A DNA stretch of 64,000 bases from the human T2T-CHM13v2.0 reference genome, Homo sapiens, in assembly GCF_009914755.1 (NCBI RefSeq), contig NC_060935.1. One strand, 5' to 3'. This document shows positions 1 to 14,345 of this stretch, in pieces; positions within the stretch are counted from its first letter, which is position 1, and each line of letters begins with the position of its first letter. Both the position numbers and the translations under genes were made by a program. Below the pieces are notes generated by a model. The model saw only the letters and a list, made by a program, of their open reading frames with translations. It was not told where the DNA came from and made no database searches.

Positions 1-474
1 TAGCACTAAGGGCTCTAACTAACCCTCAACATCCTTATCTGTCAAATGGGATTAATGATATCTGCTTGACAGGTGGATGAGAGGCTCTAATTAGATAATA
101 AGGAAATACGTGGTAGAGGACAAGCCTTTTAATCTCCATTGTGGGGCCTACCCACCTCACAGCCTTTGGAGTTAGGGCTGAAAGAGGAGGTGAGTGTCCC
201 AAGTTCCAGTGCAGAAGAGTCTTCTTTGCAGCCCTCTTGGTTTCCCTTCTAAGAGTATACCCAGGGCAGCTGTGCTACTTACCAAGCCCTTCTTATACCT
301 TGCCTTTTGGGTGGATTTTATTAGCTTTCAGAAGGTGCAGCAAAATTAAAGGCAGCCTAGAATGAGGGAAAGTGTATAGGCCTTGGTATGAGACTATCTA
401 GGTTAAGTTTCTGCATTACCAGTCACCTGTTAAACTTTGGTTATGTTATTTAATGTCTTGGAGCCTCAGTTTTC

Positions 475-536
475 TCACCCATAATATAGAAAGGATCCAT
501 AGTATTCACCCATAATATAGAGAGGATCCATGGTGC
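475..536. repeat. 31-bp tandem duplication (2 copies)
   Basis: tcacccataatatagaaaggatccatagtat / tcacccataatatagagaggatccatggtgc. Confidence 0.85.
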
Positions 537-651
537 AGCAAGAAGGGATGTTGATGACTTTGGCCCCTTTGCCTGAAGTTCTAGGTTAAATCGGTTTCTC
601 TGCCTTAAACTTTCCCTCCCAGCAGATTGAATTAAACACCCTCACCTTCTG
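535..651 (+). repeat. About 115-bp direct repeat, copy A (copy B at about 3922-4039)
   Basis: Shared ttgatgactt..ggcccctttgcctgaagttctag..gtttctctgccttaaac..cccagcagattgaattaaac. Confidence 0.85.
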
Positions 652-837
652 CAGAGCTGTTCCCAGATTAGAGATAATATTTATACAGATGGCACTGTAT
701 AGTTTCTGTCATTTTGTAGGTGCTCAATAATCTATGTTCATATTATAAAAACAACAAAATCAGGGTTAAAGGTGACCTCATTGTTCTCTTGGGTCAGAAG
801 AGATAGGGCTAATAGGCTAATGGTACACCTTTGGAGT

Positions 838-1638
838 ACCATCTCACTAAGTTCTAATTACTAACAGCTGCTCAAGCTGGAAGGCCATCTGGAAGTCTTC
901 TGTCCCTCTGCCTGTCTTGTGGAGGGACTATGGAACATTGGGATGCTTCAGGGCTGGCCAGTCTGAAGGGTGGCACTTGGGCCCTCTGGCTGGCTTCCTC
1001 TCCATCCCTTCATTTCTCTCCTGCTGTCTGGTTTATCTCTCTGACTGCTTTTTCACGGGTCTATGAGAAGGAGTTCTAGGGAAGAATGTGAGGATGGGCT
1101 GGTGAGGGGGGCTGGGCTGGCATTAGGAGACAGAGTTCTGAAGCCCGAGGGAAGGAAGGGAGAGGACTGAAGGCCTCCACGTGGATTTCCAGTCTTTACA
1201 GCTGGGAGCTCCTGTTCCCCTATTCCTGAGAAAAGGTTAAGATGTCCTTCATAGTTCCTGAAGAAACATTCCTGGAACTTGCTAAGATAGTTCAACTTAT
1301 TCACAGAAAATCTCAGCACAGGGCTATTCCTTGGGGATTAGAGCAGTGTGTGAGCTTTCTAAAAAAAAAATGCTTTGTTAGTTTATTTTTTCTTGATTGT
1401 GCCTTATTTTCAAAATAATTTAGTTCCAAGTTCCTCCAGAGCTCAAAACCATCTCACTGAGTTTTAATTACTAACAGCTGCTCAAGCTGGAAGGCCACCT
1501 GGAAGTCATCTGGTCACTCTGCCTGTCTCGTGGAGGGACTGTTGAACATTGGGACGCTTCAGGGCTGGCCAGTCTGAACGGTGGCACTTGAGCTCTCTGG
1601 CTGGCTCCTTCTCCATCCATTCATTTCTCTCCTGCTGT
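838..1638 (+). repeat. About 190-bp direct repeat pair (838-1027 and 1448-1638)
   Basis: Hand alignment gives about 15 mismatches and 1 gap (about 90% identity). Confidence 0.9.
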
Positions 1639-3299
1639 AGTCTTCTGGGGTCCAGGCTGATATTTTAGCCCCAGCGATAGCTGCCCATTTTATACTGCCT
1701 AGGCACCTCCTTCCCAGGCCAGCTAAATCTTCCTTTTGTTGATTTCTGGTATCTTTGTATCAGTGCCCAGTCTTGCTATTGTGAGAAATTGACTGCTAGT
1801 AAATATGTGTGTGTATGAGTGTGTACATACAGGCCAAGTGGTGATTAAGGTGACAAATTTGGGGAATTGAAAAGTATATGAAATTTCATACATTTTCAGA
1901 GACCTTGTTGCCCATTTTTGTGGAAAACAATGCACTATGTGTACTCCGATTTGGTTTTTACAATTTCTTTAGACATGCCTTATCTCATACAATTTCACAG
2001 CAGCACTATGCAGTTATTATTATTCACTGCATTTATTTAGCGCCAAGACTTGTGTTCTAAGCCCCAGGATTCTGCTCACCACATCACTCTACCTTCAGAG
2101 GCAATAGTGTTGCATATGCCCAGCCAGAGTTCTTTCCCAGTGTGTTTCCTAAGACAGCACATTTTTTAAATCCTGAGTATCAACCTGCTCTGCCATATCT
2201 GTTTATGTAAAACTGATGGATAGCATGGATATCTGACCCTCTGGAGTACCAGAACCTTCTTGCCAGTGTTTCCAGGTGAGGGATCTTAGGTCTATCCTGC
2301 TCTTAGGCACAAATTGTGCTGCATGTCCACTTTGCATTTATTAGGACCAAGACCTTGCAGCTGCTCTGTTTTTTTTAATACATATTTCTCTGGCCCTCCA
2401 GCTCCTTTGGTAAGAAAGGACTTTTCTGTTTGACCCTAAAGATTATTTTTACAAAATTAAAATTACTCTGCACTGACCTTCCAAACATCATCTCATCCTT
2501 CTCAAAAGTCTCTCTAGTACAGATAACAGGCAGTCTTAACTATGCCCTTGGCTGTGTTACCCTCACTAGATGTATACTAAGAGACTCTCCTGTTGATAAA
2601 ACTCATTTTCATCTTCCAAAACATTAACTAAACAATTAATAAATATAATAAGGTTCCTGGTGTTCAGGAGCTCATAATTCAGGGGAAAATATAGCAATAA
2701 TTATAGTTACTATTATCAAGAGGGTAAATACTTTAAAAAGACCTAAATAATGTTCTTTTTGAGCACAGAACAGTAAGCATTTAATTATGCCTAGGTAAAA
2801 AAGGCTTAGGAAAAATAGTATAGGAGAGAGACAGTAAGCCAGGATGTGAACAATGAGTGTGGGAAGTCAAGGAGGAAGATCTGGGAGGAACAGTTTTTCT
2901 TGACAAGGGGATGAGAAGTAAAAAAAGACAGAAAGACACAGAGTCATGGGAATCAAGGCTATGTTTGTGAAATAGCATGAACTTCAATGTGGCTAGATCA
3001 TAGGGATCATGGTGAGGAGTGGTGAGGGAGGAACCCAGGCCCGGATGATGAAAGTCAGATCTTTAGCCATGTCATAAGAAGTTTAGTCTTTATTCTAGAA
3101 TCAATTTGGAGTTTCAAGGGTATTTTTTAAAATAATAGGGAGCGAGCTGGTTTCATCTGGTTAGATTGTTGGGACTTTGTGGATGAGGAAGGTTACCCTA
3201 GAGACGTGGCAGTCAGGATCAGAGAACCTGGCTTGTATGATGGTTCACGCCACCATAACAGAAAAAAAGAAACACTGGAGGAAAATGGTTAACAGCAAC

Positions 3300-3553
3300 A
3301 GATATTATTTTTGGCATACTTACTATGTGTGAGGTATTGTGTTAAGTGCTTTACATTTATCATCTCATTTAATCTTCACACTGACCCCCTATTAGCCAGG
3401 GACTCTTATAATCATTTTAATGATGAGGATGCTGAGGCTTAGAAAGGTTAAATGATTTACCCCAGATCATACAGCTCTAGAGGTTTTAGACTGGGTTTAG
3501 AATGCATGATTGATTTCAAAGATCATAGTTTCAATGGCTATATAATACTGCCT
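3300..3553 (-). mobile_element. MIR SINE
   Basis: tactatgtgtgaggtattgtgttaagtgctttaca..atctcatttaatcttcaca..gctgaggcttagaaaggttaaatgattta. Confidence 0.75.
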
Positions 3554-4294
3554 CTGAAAGAGTTTGTTTTTTGAACATGGAGAGTTTGATGTAGTTGAAA
3601 GACAATTAGGTGAACCCTTTTAGTAAGTCTTCCGAATTATGAACCTGGATTACAAAAGAGAATTCAGGGTTCATTAACTAGGTTTGGGGATCAATTGTTT
3701 GTATAACAAAAATGGATTTACTGAAGGGGATGAGATGGCCCAGGAAGAGAATATAGAACAGGAAGAGCACTGAAGATGCAATTTTGGAGAGGAGAGTGAA
3801 GATCCAGAAACGAAACCAATAATTAGTGATTAGAGAGAGCCGAGGAACAGCAGAAAGGAGAGGGAGAAGCTCTAAGAAGGAGGAAAGTGCTCCTGGTGCC
3901 ACATGCTGCAGAGAAGCTGCAGCAGCGAGAAGGGACATTGATGACTTCGGCCCTTTGCCTGAAGTTCTAGCTTAAATATGGTTTCTCTGCCTTAAACCTT
4001 CCCTTCCCAGCAGATTGAATTAAACTCTCTCACCCTCTGTTCTACTATTCATGCTCCCATTGTTTTCCCACTAATTTCTATCTGGTCTGAGGAAACCTCT
4101 GGGTGACCGCTTGATGCTGGTACAAAGATTTGTGACACACCCTGAGCCCATGGGACCTCTTCTGATGCTGGCCATGAATTCTGACTTATGCTCAGCTGCT
4201 TTCTGGTAACCAGTGCAGAAACCCCTATCCCAGCTCTCAAACATTCAAGGGCCAAATCTATGTAAAAACTACAATACACATGATCTAATAAATA

Positions 4295-4520
4295 CAGGTT
4301 GAGTACCCCTAATCCAAACATCCAAAATCTGAAATGCTCCAAAATCTGAAACTTTTGGAGCACCAACATGATGCTCAAAGAGAATGCTCACTGCAGCATT
4401 TCAAATTTCAGATTTTTGCATTAGGGATGCTGATCTGGGTATGTATAATGCAAATATTCAAAAAAAAAAATCCCAAATCGGAAACACTTCTGGTTTCAAG
4501 CATTGAAGATAAGGGCTACC
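4295..4520 (+). mobile_element. Tigger4a/MER46-like Tc1-mariner MITE
   Basis: TA|caggttgagta terminal repeat; aaatctgaaatgctccaaaatctgaaactttt; aaacacttctggtttcaagcatt. Confidence 0.75.
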
Positions 4521-4784
4521 CTATAGTAGGAGCACATGAATATTTGTCGATGGAGGAAAGAAAGGGAGGGAGGGAGGGAATCAGTTCACTCTTAACAGAC
4601 ACATACAATCTGAGATGACCCAAGTCTGACATTTTCCACCTCAGTAATATCAAATCATTTTTATAGTCAGATTCAGTTTGTTTGCAGACTGAATTCTGCT
4701 ATAGGATTGATTATGCCTCCAGTGCTTCTAATGCCATCACCCCTCAGGGTTAGTATTCTAGTTGTATCAATCTCACTTTCTTAG

Positions 4785-5240
4785 ATTGGGTGGGTCTCCT
4801 AGAAGCAGAACCTGAGGTGGGGGTTCTTGTCCAAATGACATATTGAGGGAGTACATGGCCATGAGAAGAAGAAGGAGGGAATCCTGGTAGGGCAGGGGAA
4901 GAAAGCTAAGCAGGGCTGTGGTCTCAGCTGGAGACAAGCCTCAGGCTGGTTCCTTGGGAAGCTCTGAAGTACAAATTGCATCAAAGTGTTTGTTGCACCC
5001 AGAGGCAATGGGGCTCACCTTTGGTACCCCTTATGTCAGGCAGCCACTGGCCTCTAGATGTGCATCATGGGGGCACAGTGTAACCTTCCTGGGTGAGGTG
5101 CCTCCCATTTGACCAAGGACAATCCTCTGGAAAGAAGGGGAGCTGTGAGCCCTTAGCACTCAATGCTCAGTGCAGATGGGAGATGGTTACATTGGCTTTG
5201 TGAATGGGGTCTGGCTGGGATACCAACGGTATCCACTAGA
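4785..5240 (-). mobile_element. Old ERVL-type solo LTR (LTR16/LTR33-like)
   Basis: gggtctcctagaagcagaacctgaggtgg terminal motif; subfamily assigned by eye. Confidence 0.55.
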
Positions 5241-5984
5241 GCCATCATTCTTTATTTGAAATAAACTGAGTAGTCTGGACAAGTGTAAAGCTTTCGGTGG
5301 TCATTTGGACAAGAAGGTAATGTAGAGTTAGAGTTCAGGATTAATTTAGTGTCAGTTTTTTATTGGATTACGGTTTATCATAATAAAATAGAACATGAAT
5401 TGTGACTTGAATATCATCAATTCGATCTTTAAGATTGAAATGGTTATTAAAAGGTCAAATATTAAGTTATGTTAAAGTTAGGGTTAAGTCTAGAATTGGG
5501 GAGATCATTAGATTAATGCTGGGGTTAGGTTTCAGTATTAATCTGTTACTACTAGTGTTGTTACACTTGGACTGGAATTTTTTCTTAAAGATAGTCTAAT
5601 GATATGCTTAGAATTGCAGTTAGTATTAAGCATAGGGAAGCATAAAGGTAAGCTAGGATAGAGGAAATGGTGAGATATTTTTATCACCTAAGATTCTTTT
5701 ATATTCAGCCAGTAGCCTTTCTTTGGAGAACTAAATGGTTTGGCATATGCTTAAAATTTTTGTCTTAGTCTTTCACTTGCTGTCAGGATTAACAATACAG
5801 ATGGGGTTAGTAAGTAGGACTGGATGAATTTGTGTCTGGTTCTTGAATTATGTTAGATTATGTGAGATTGCATTTAGAATATGATTAGAATTTGCATAAG
5901 GAATGGATTTAGAGTTTGAGTTAGAGAACAGTACGTCAGGATAGAGTCAGGTGTTAGGTATTGGGATGCTTATGGATCTGACAG

Positions 5985-6006
5985 TGGCTTATCTTTGCAT
6001 TCCAGC
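5985..6006 (+). promoter_or_regulatory. OR51E1: Splice acceptor of the OR51E1 coding exon (exon starts 6006); 1-6005 is probably intron with exon 1 outside the window
   Basis: cttatctttgcattccag|cctct, 39 nt upstream of the ATG, typical OR layout. Confidence 0.75.
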
Positions 6007-6044
6007 CTCTACCTGCCTGGTGCTGGTCACAGTTCAGCTTCTTC

Positions 6045-7001
6045 ATGATGGTGGATCCCAATGGCAATGAATCCAGTGCTACATACTTCATCCTAATAGG
6101 CCTCCCTGGTTTAGAAGAGGCTCAGTTCTGGTTGGCCTTCCCATTGTGCTCCCTCTACCTTATTGCTGTGCTAGGTAACTTGACAATCATCTACATTGTG
6201 CGGACTGAGCACAGCCTGCATGAGCCCATGTATATATTTCTTTGCATGCTTTCAGGCATTGACATCCTCATCTCCACCTCATCCATGCCCAAAATGCTGG
6301 CCATCTTCTGGTTCAATTCCACTACCATCCAGTTTGATGCTTGTCTGCTACAGATGTTTGCCATCCACTCCTTATCTGGCATGGAATCCACAGTGCTGCT
6401 GGCCATGGCTTTTGACCGCTATGTGGCCATCTGTCACCCACTGCGCCATGCCACAGTACTTACGTTGCCTCGTGTCACCAAAATTGGTGTGGCTGCTGTG
6501 GTGCGGGGGGCTGCACTGATGGCACCCCTTCCTGTCTTCATCAAGCAGCTGCCCTTCTGCCGCTCCAATATCCTTTCCCATTCCTACTGCCTACACCAAG
6601 ATGTCATGAAGCTGGCCTGTGATGATATCCGGGTCAATGTCGTCTATGGCCTTATCGTCATCATCTCCGCCATTGGCCTGGACTCACTTCTCATCTCCTT
6701 CTCATATCTGCTTATTCTTAAGACTGTGTTGGGCTTGACACGTGAAGCCCAGGCCAAGGCATTTGGCACTTGCGTCTCTCATGTGTGTGCTGTGTTCATA
6801 TTCTATGTACCTTTCATTGGATTGTCCATGGTGCATCGCTTTAGCAAGCGGCGTGACTCTCCACTGCCCGTCATCTTGGCCAATATCTATCTGCTGGTTC
6901 CTCCTGTGCTCAACCCAATTGTCTATGGAGTGAAGACAAAGGAGATTCGACAGCGCATCCTTCGACTTTTCCATGTGGCCACACACGCTTCAGAGCCCTA
7001 G
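6045..7001 (+). CDS. OR51E1: Olfactory receptor 51E1 (PSGR2/D-GPCR), 318 aa, class I OR, single coding exon
   Basis: Intact ORF MMVDPNGNESSATYF...HASEP with OR motifs LHEPMY, MAFDRYVAICHPLRH, SHSYCLHQD, KAFGTC, HRF and PPVLNPIVY; sequence recognised as OR51E1. Confidence 0.97.
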   Translation: MMVDPNGNESSATYFILIGLPGLEEAQFWLAFPLCSLYLIAVLGNLTIIYIVRTEHSLHEPMYIFLCMLSGIDILISTSSMPKMLAIFWFNSTTIQFDACLLQMFAIHSLSGMESTVLLAMAFDRYVAICHPLRHATVLTLPRVTKIGVAAVVRGAALMAPLPVFIKQLPFCRSNILSHSYCLHQDVMKLACDDIRVNVVYGLIVIISAIGLDSLLISFSYLLILKTVLGLTREAQAKAFGTCVSHVCAVFIFYVPFIGLSMVHRFSKRRDSPLPVILANIYLLVPPVLNPIVYGVKTKEIRQRILRLFHVATHASEP

Positions 7002-8974
7002 GTGTCAGTGATCAAACTTCTTTTCCATTCAGAGTCCTCTGATTCAGATTTTAATGTTAACATTTTGGAAGACAGTATTCAGAAAAAAAATTTCCTTAAT
7101 AAAAATACAACTCAGATCCTTCAAATATGAAACTGGTTGGGGAATCTCCATTTTTTCAATATTATTTTCTTCTTTGTTTTCTTGCTACATATAATTATTA
7201 ATACCCTGACTAGGTTGTGGTTGGAGGGTTATTACTTTTCATTTTACCATGCAGTCCAAATCTAAACTGCTTCTACTGATGGTTTACAGCATTCTGAGAT
7301 AAGAATGGTACATCTAGAGAACATTTGCCAAAGGCCTAAGCACAGCAAAGGAAAATAAACACAGAATATAATAAAATGAGATAATCTAGCTTAAAACTAT
7401 AACTTCCTCTTCAGAACTCCCAACCACATTGGATCTCAGAAAAATACTGTCTTCAAAATGACTTCTACAGAGAAGAAATAATTTTTCCTCTGGACACTAG
7501 CACTTAAGGGGAAGATTGGAAGTAAAGCCTTGAAAAGAGTACATTTACCTACGTTAATGAAAGTTGACACACTGTTCTGAGAGTTTTCACAGCATATGGA
7601 CCCTGTTTTTCCTATTTAATTTTCTTATCAACCCTTTAATTAGGCAAAGATATTATTAGTACCCTCATTGTAGCCATGGGAAAATTGATGTTCAGTGGGG
7701 ATCAGTGAATTAAATGGGGTCATACAAGTATAAAAATTAAAAAAAAAAGACTTCATGCCCAATCTCATATGATGTGGAAGAACTGTTAGAGAGACCAACA
7801 GGGTAGTGGGTTAGAGATTTCCAGAGTCTTACATTTTCTAGAGGAGGTATTTAATTTCTTCTCACTCATCCAGTGTTGTATTTAGGAATTTCCTGGCAAC
7901 AGAACTCATGGCTTTAATCCCACTAGCTATTGCTTATTGTCCTGGTCCAATTGCCAATTACCTGTGTCTTGGAAGAAGTGATTTCTAGGTTCACCATTAT
8001 GGAAGATTCTTATTCAGAAAGTCTGCATAGGGCTTATAGCAAGTTATTTATTTTTAAAAGTTCCATAGGTGTTTCTGATAGGCAGTGAGGTTAGGGAGCC
8101 ACCAGTTATGATGGGAAGTATGGAATGGCAGGTGTTGAAGATAACATTGGCCTTTTGAGTGTGACTCGTAGCTGGAAAGTGAGGGAATCTTCAGGACCAT
8201 GCTTTATTTGGGGCTTTGTGCAGTATGGAACAGGGACTTTGAGACCGGGAAAGCAATCTGACTTAGGCATGGGAATCAGGCATTTTTGCTTCTGAGGGGC
8301 TATTACCAAGGGTTAATAGGTTTCATCTTCAACAGGATATGACAACAGTCTTAACCAAGAAACTCAAATTACAAATACTAAAACATGTGATCATATATGT
8401 GGTAAGTTTCATTTTCTTTTTCAATCCTCAGGTTCCCTGATATGGATTCCTATAACATGCTTTCATCCCCTTTTGTAATGGATATCATATTTGGAAATGC
8501 CTATTTAATACTTGTATTTGCTGCTGGACTGTAAGCCCATGAGGGCACTGTTTATTATTGAATGTCATCTCTGTTCATCATTGACTGCTCTTTGCTCATC
8601 ATTGAATCCCCCAGCAAAGTGCCTAGAACATAATAGTGCTTATGCTTGACACCGGTTATTTTTCATCAAACCTGATTCCTTCTGTGCTGAACACATAGCC
8701 AGGCAATTTTCCAGCCTTCTTTGAGTTGGGTATTATTAAATTCTAGCCATTACTTCCAATGTGAGTGGAAGTGACATGTGCAATTTCTATACCTGGCTCA
8801 TAAAACCCTCCCATGTGCAGCCTTTCATGTTGACATTAAATGTGACTTGGGAAGCTATGTGTTACACAGAGTAAATCACCAGAAGCCTGGATTTCTGAAA
8901 AAACTGTGCAGAGCCAAACCTCTGTCATTTGCAACTCCCACTTGTATTTGTACGAGGCAGTTGGATAAGTGAAA

Positions 8975-9005
8975 AATAAAGTACTATTGTGTCAAGTCTC
9001 TGAAA
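8975..9005 (+). terminator. OR51E1: Likely main poly(A) signal of OR51E1 (about 2 kb 3'UTR)
   Basis: AATAAA at 8975-8980 followed by a GT/T-rich element (gattttgttgttc) about 30 nt downstream. Confidence 0.65.
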
Positions 9006-9299
9006 ATGATTTTGTTGTTCTTAAAGCATTCTAGCCTTGTAAATAAAACACTAATTTCATAGTTGTTGAATAAATAGATTGAAAACTAAAGGAAATAATA
9101 ACTGAAAACTGAAGGGCTCAGAAAAGTCTGCTCTTCATCCTATATGCTTACATAAGAGGTATATTTATACCTACATAAGAGGTATAAATTTATCAAAGAA
9201 GGAAATATTTCCTTATGCTAGCATAAGTATCACAAAGTCCTTATTAACCATTATGACATCAAGCTGTGTCTCATACAGGTTTCTATTAATTTGCTTTGG

Positions 9300-11145
<1,846 letters not shown>

Positions 11146-11184
11146 AGAACCATCTATTCTTAATTCACTTATTTAGTCATTTTC

Positions 11185-11772
11185 ATAGGCAGAATTCTAA
11201 AATGGCCCTACAGAAATGTCCTGCTCTGGTTCCCAGAACCTTTGAATATTATGAGATATCACTTCTGGGATTGTGTTATATGCTGTATTGCACAACTGGA
11301 TCTTCATATAGGGAGATTACAGCCTCGTGGGCCTGATCTAATCACATGAGACCTTAAAAACAAGACATTTCTCTAGCTGGTGACAGAAGAAATCAGAGAT
11401 ATTCAAAGCATGGCAAGGATGTGATGTGCTGTTGCTGGCTTGATGATGGAGGAGTGCGGGAGAAGGAATGTGGGCAGCCTAGGGAACTGAGAGAGGCCAA
11501 TGGAGAACAATGGAAAAGTGATCCCAGTGGCACGGCTTCAAGGAACTAGATTCTGTTAATAACCAAAATGAAGGTGGAAGCAGTTTCTTCCCCAAGGCTC
11601 CCAAATTAGAACCCAGTCCGCTGAAACTAATTTTAGCCTTATGAGAACCCAGCTATACTTCTCATAAGGCTAAGAAGCTCACCCATACTTCTGACCTTCA
11701 AAATATGAACTAATAAATGGGTATTGTTTTAAGCTGCTTTTTTTTTTCTCTGCAGCAATGGGAAACTAATGT
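11185..11772 (+). mobile_element. MLT1 (MaLR) solo LTR, MLT1E/F-like
   Basis: ggcagaattctaaaatggccc start, gggcctgatctaatcacatga, and aataaatgggtattgttttaagc end. Confidence 0.7.
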
Positions 11773-12264
11773 AGTCACCAAATACATTCTTAGTGCTATT
11801 AAAATAAGTGTGAACCCAGCACTGAGAATGCAATGGAGAAAAAAGTGGTTTAAATTCTTCCCTCATGGAGTGCACAGTCTCCTGGTGGAAGAAAAGCCTA
11901 AATGGATATTGCTTAATGCTATTGCAAATTTATATTTCTTTGTAAACATATTTAATTAATGTGTATTCCTTCCACAAGGATCAAGTCTGGTTTTGGTAGC
12001 ATTGTGTTCTTGTCCATCATGTAACAGAGTGTCTGGCTCACAGGAGTCACTAAAGAAAAAATAAAAGAACTATTTGTTAATACATGAAGAATAAAATGCT
12101 TCAAGTCAGATCGCTGATACAAATGAGACAGTTGTGATGGAGTTTGAGTAAGGTTTGTTTTCCTGACTCTTAAGCTTGTGTTCTTAAACACTGTAACATA
12201 AAATCTTAATTACCCAATTCAGACACTACATACTGAGATCCTGTGAAATTGACCTCACACTTAG

Positions 12265-12772
12265 TGTTGTGGGACAATCAGAGATAGGAGAGACCCAACA
12301 GAGTGAGTTCAGGAAAGGACTTTATTAAAAGGTGGTCACCTGGCTCAGTAGGACTAGTGTCCAGGAAAGTATGAGTCCTGGACAAAGAAAGGAGCCACCT
12401 TTTAAGCAGTCGGTGGTCAGGAGTTACGTGATGCAGAAAGCATACTTACAGAAGCGAGTACAAAGGCAGTTGATCAGTTTTTTACATTTATCTATACTAC
12501 ATGTTCTACATCCTTGGGAAACCATGTTTCTGTATCAACCTTGTAACTCTGCAGCTGTGCTAAGGAGGTGAAGCAGGAACTTGCTGAGCCTCAAGGAATG
12601 TGAAACTGGTGAGTACAGATAAGGCTGGCTGAGCACAGAAGGAAAAACAGGCAGTTAGTATTCTTCTCTAACTTAGACTACGGGGGGGATACACTACACT
12701 TAGCTTTTAAAGGAAAAAGTAAAAATTTCTCAGTTGTCTTTGTACTTGTAAAATGCATGAATTCCTTCTTCA
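12265..12772 (-). mobile_element. ERV solo LTR (about 508 bp), family unassigned
   Basis: TG...CA termini, minus-strand AATAAA about 55 nt from the end (tttatt 12321), flanks ttag/gtag as an imperfect 4-bp TSD. Confidence 0.55.
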
Positions 12773-14345
12773 GTAGTAGGAAGGGTAGTGGCACAGGTGA
12801 AGAGAAAGATACACATGTCCTTACAACTTCACCTTGTAAGAAGGTGCATTCCAGCAGACACACGTAAACAAATCTTAGTATTGTATGCCCCAAAGCCCTT
12901 TTTCATTTCTTTTTTTCAACAAGAACCCTTTATGGAGCCAAAGTACTTATATCACTGAGGTGTGAAGGTCATCACTTCCAACAAAAAGGCCCAGGAGACC
13001 TCCTAGGGTGAGAAAATAGGGAACTTTTCTTTACCAAGAGAGAATACTTAATTTAGTCAGTCAGTAGTATTGCATCTCTTACACTTCCAGTTTGTCTACC
13101 CAACGTAGTTGAAAACCTTCTCACAAATGTTTACAATTATTTACATGTATTCTTTTCTCTGAAGGACCAAAAGCTCCCTAGAGGAAAACATCTCCAAATT
13201 ACATCTTAAATTAAACAACTCATTGCCTTATCTCCTATTCAAAATAATTTATCATTAAATCTTCAAAATAATTATTGAGTATCTGCTATTCCACCAACAG
13301 TACTAGGCACTGAGTATATGTTGGCCCCCTCGGGGCTTACCATCTAGTTGAATGACAAACTATTGTATATATGCAGGAAGCAAACATAGTACCTTGAATA
13401 ATCTGGAAAGGAGAATTAATGAGACAGGATTTTCTGAGAAATTAGGTTTATACTTTATTTGAAATGAGACACAGGCATGGGGGGAATGAGAATGTTCCAG
13501 GCAGTGTAAAAGGTATGTGGGAAAACTGAGGCCAGATAAGAGGTTAAACTGATTAGTCTTTCTGGTTCTAGTTTTGTTCATATGTCCAACACACTTCTAA
13601 TCTGCAATTTATACTACTAACTTATAGTAAAAATATAATGATTTGTAGGTACTAGATACAAACCAAACAACTTAGCATAGTATGCACAGTCCTATACAAT
13701 TTGGTCACCTACTTCTTCATCCCCTACCATTCCCTCTTCTTACCCTATGCTGCAGCCACGCCTATAAAGACATAAGCGGTAGAGACATAAAGAAGTACAG
13801 GAATGCAAACCTTTTCACAAACACTTTTCCTTTTTCAAAACGTGGAGTCTTTTTTTCACGTTGCTCTTTTTTTTCTAGATTTTTCTGTTTCTTATTTAAT
13901 TCCTACTTAGCCTAGAAAAATTCTAAGTTTTTCAAGGTGAAATAAAAATTATTCTCTTCTTTGTGGAAGCTTGCCACACTTTCCCAGGAATGTTCTGTCA
14001 ATGACCAATTTGTAGTCTCTAGCAATCTTTTGAGAGGAACGTTATTATGGCACTTATTGGTTTATAGTCTGGCTGTGTCTTTACTTGCCTTTCTCCTGGC
14101 ACAAGTTTGTGAGCTTTCAGAGACAAAGGAACACATTTCATTTATTTCTCAGTCTTTCATCCTCATCACTACTTTCTTACAAAGTAAATCTGAACGTAAA
14201 TTTGTAACATAAATAAGCCTTATGGGCTTCCCACTATCTTAGCACAGATTAGGGATTTTCAGTGCTAGCTGGGTCTAACAGGTTTCTGTAAGGCTATAGC
14301 AGTCTCTTTAATGTTACCCAGACCCTATAATATTTTGTAATTTCA

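Noticed and set aside
6191-6986. Antisense and alternate-frame ORFs over OR coding exons (also 14352-15340, 35541-36240, 44280-45206, 63260-63493)
   Set aside because: They are shadows of OR codon structure; the same antisense peptide (..SKAMA..DSM..) recurs at each paralogue.
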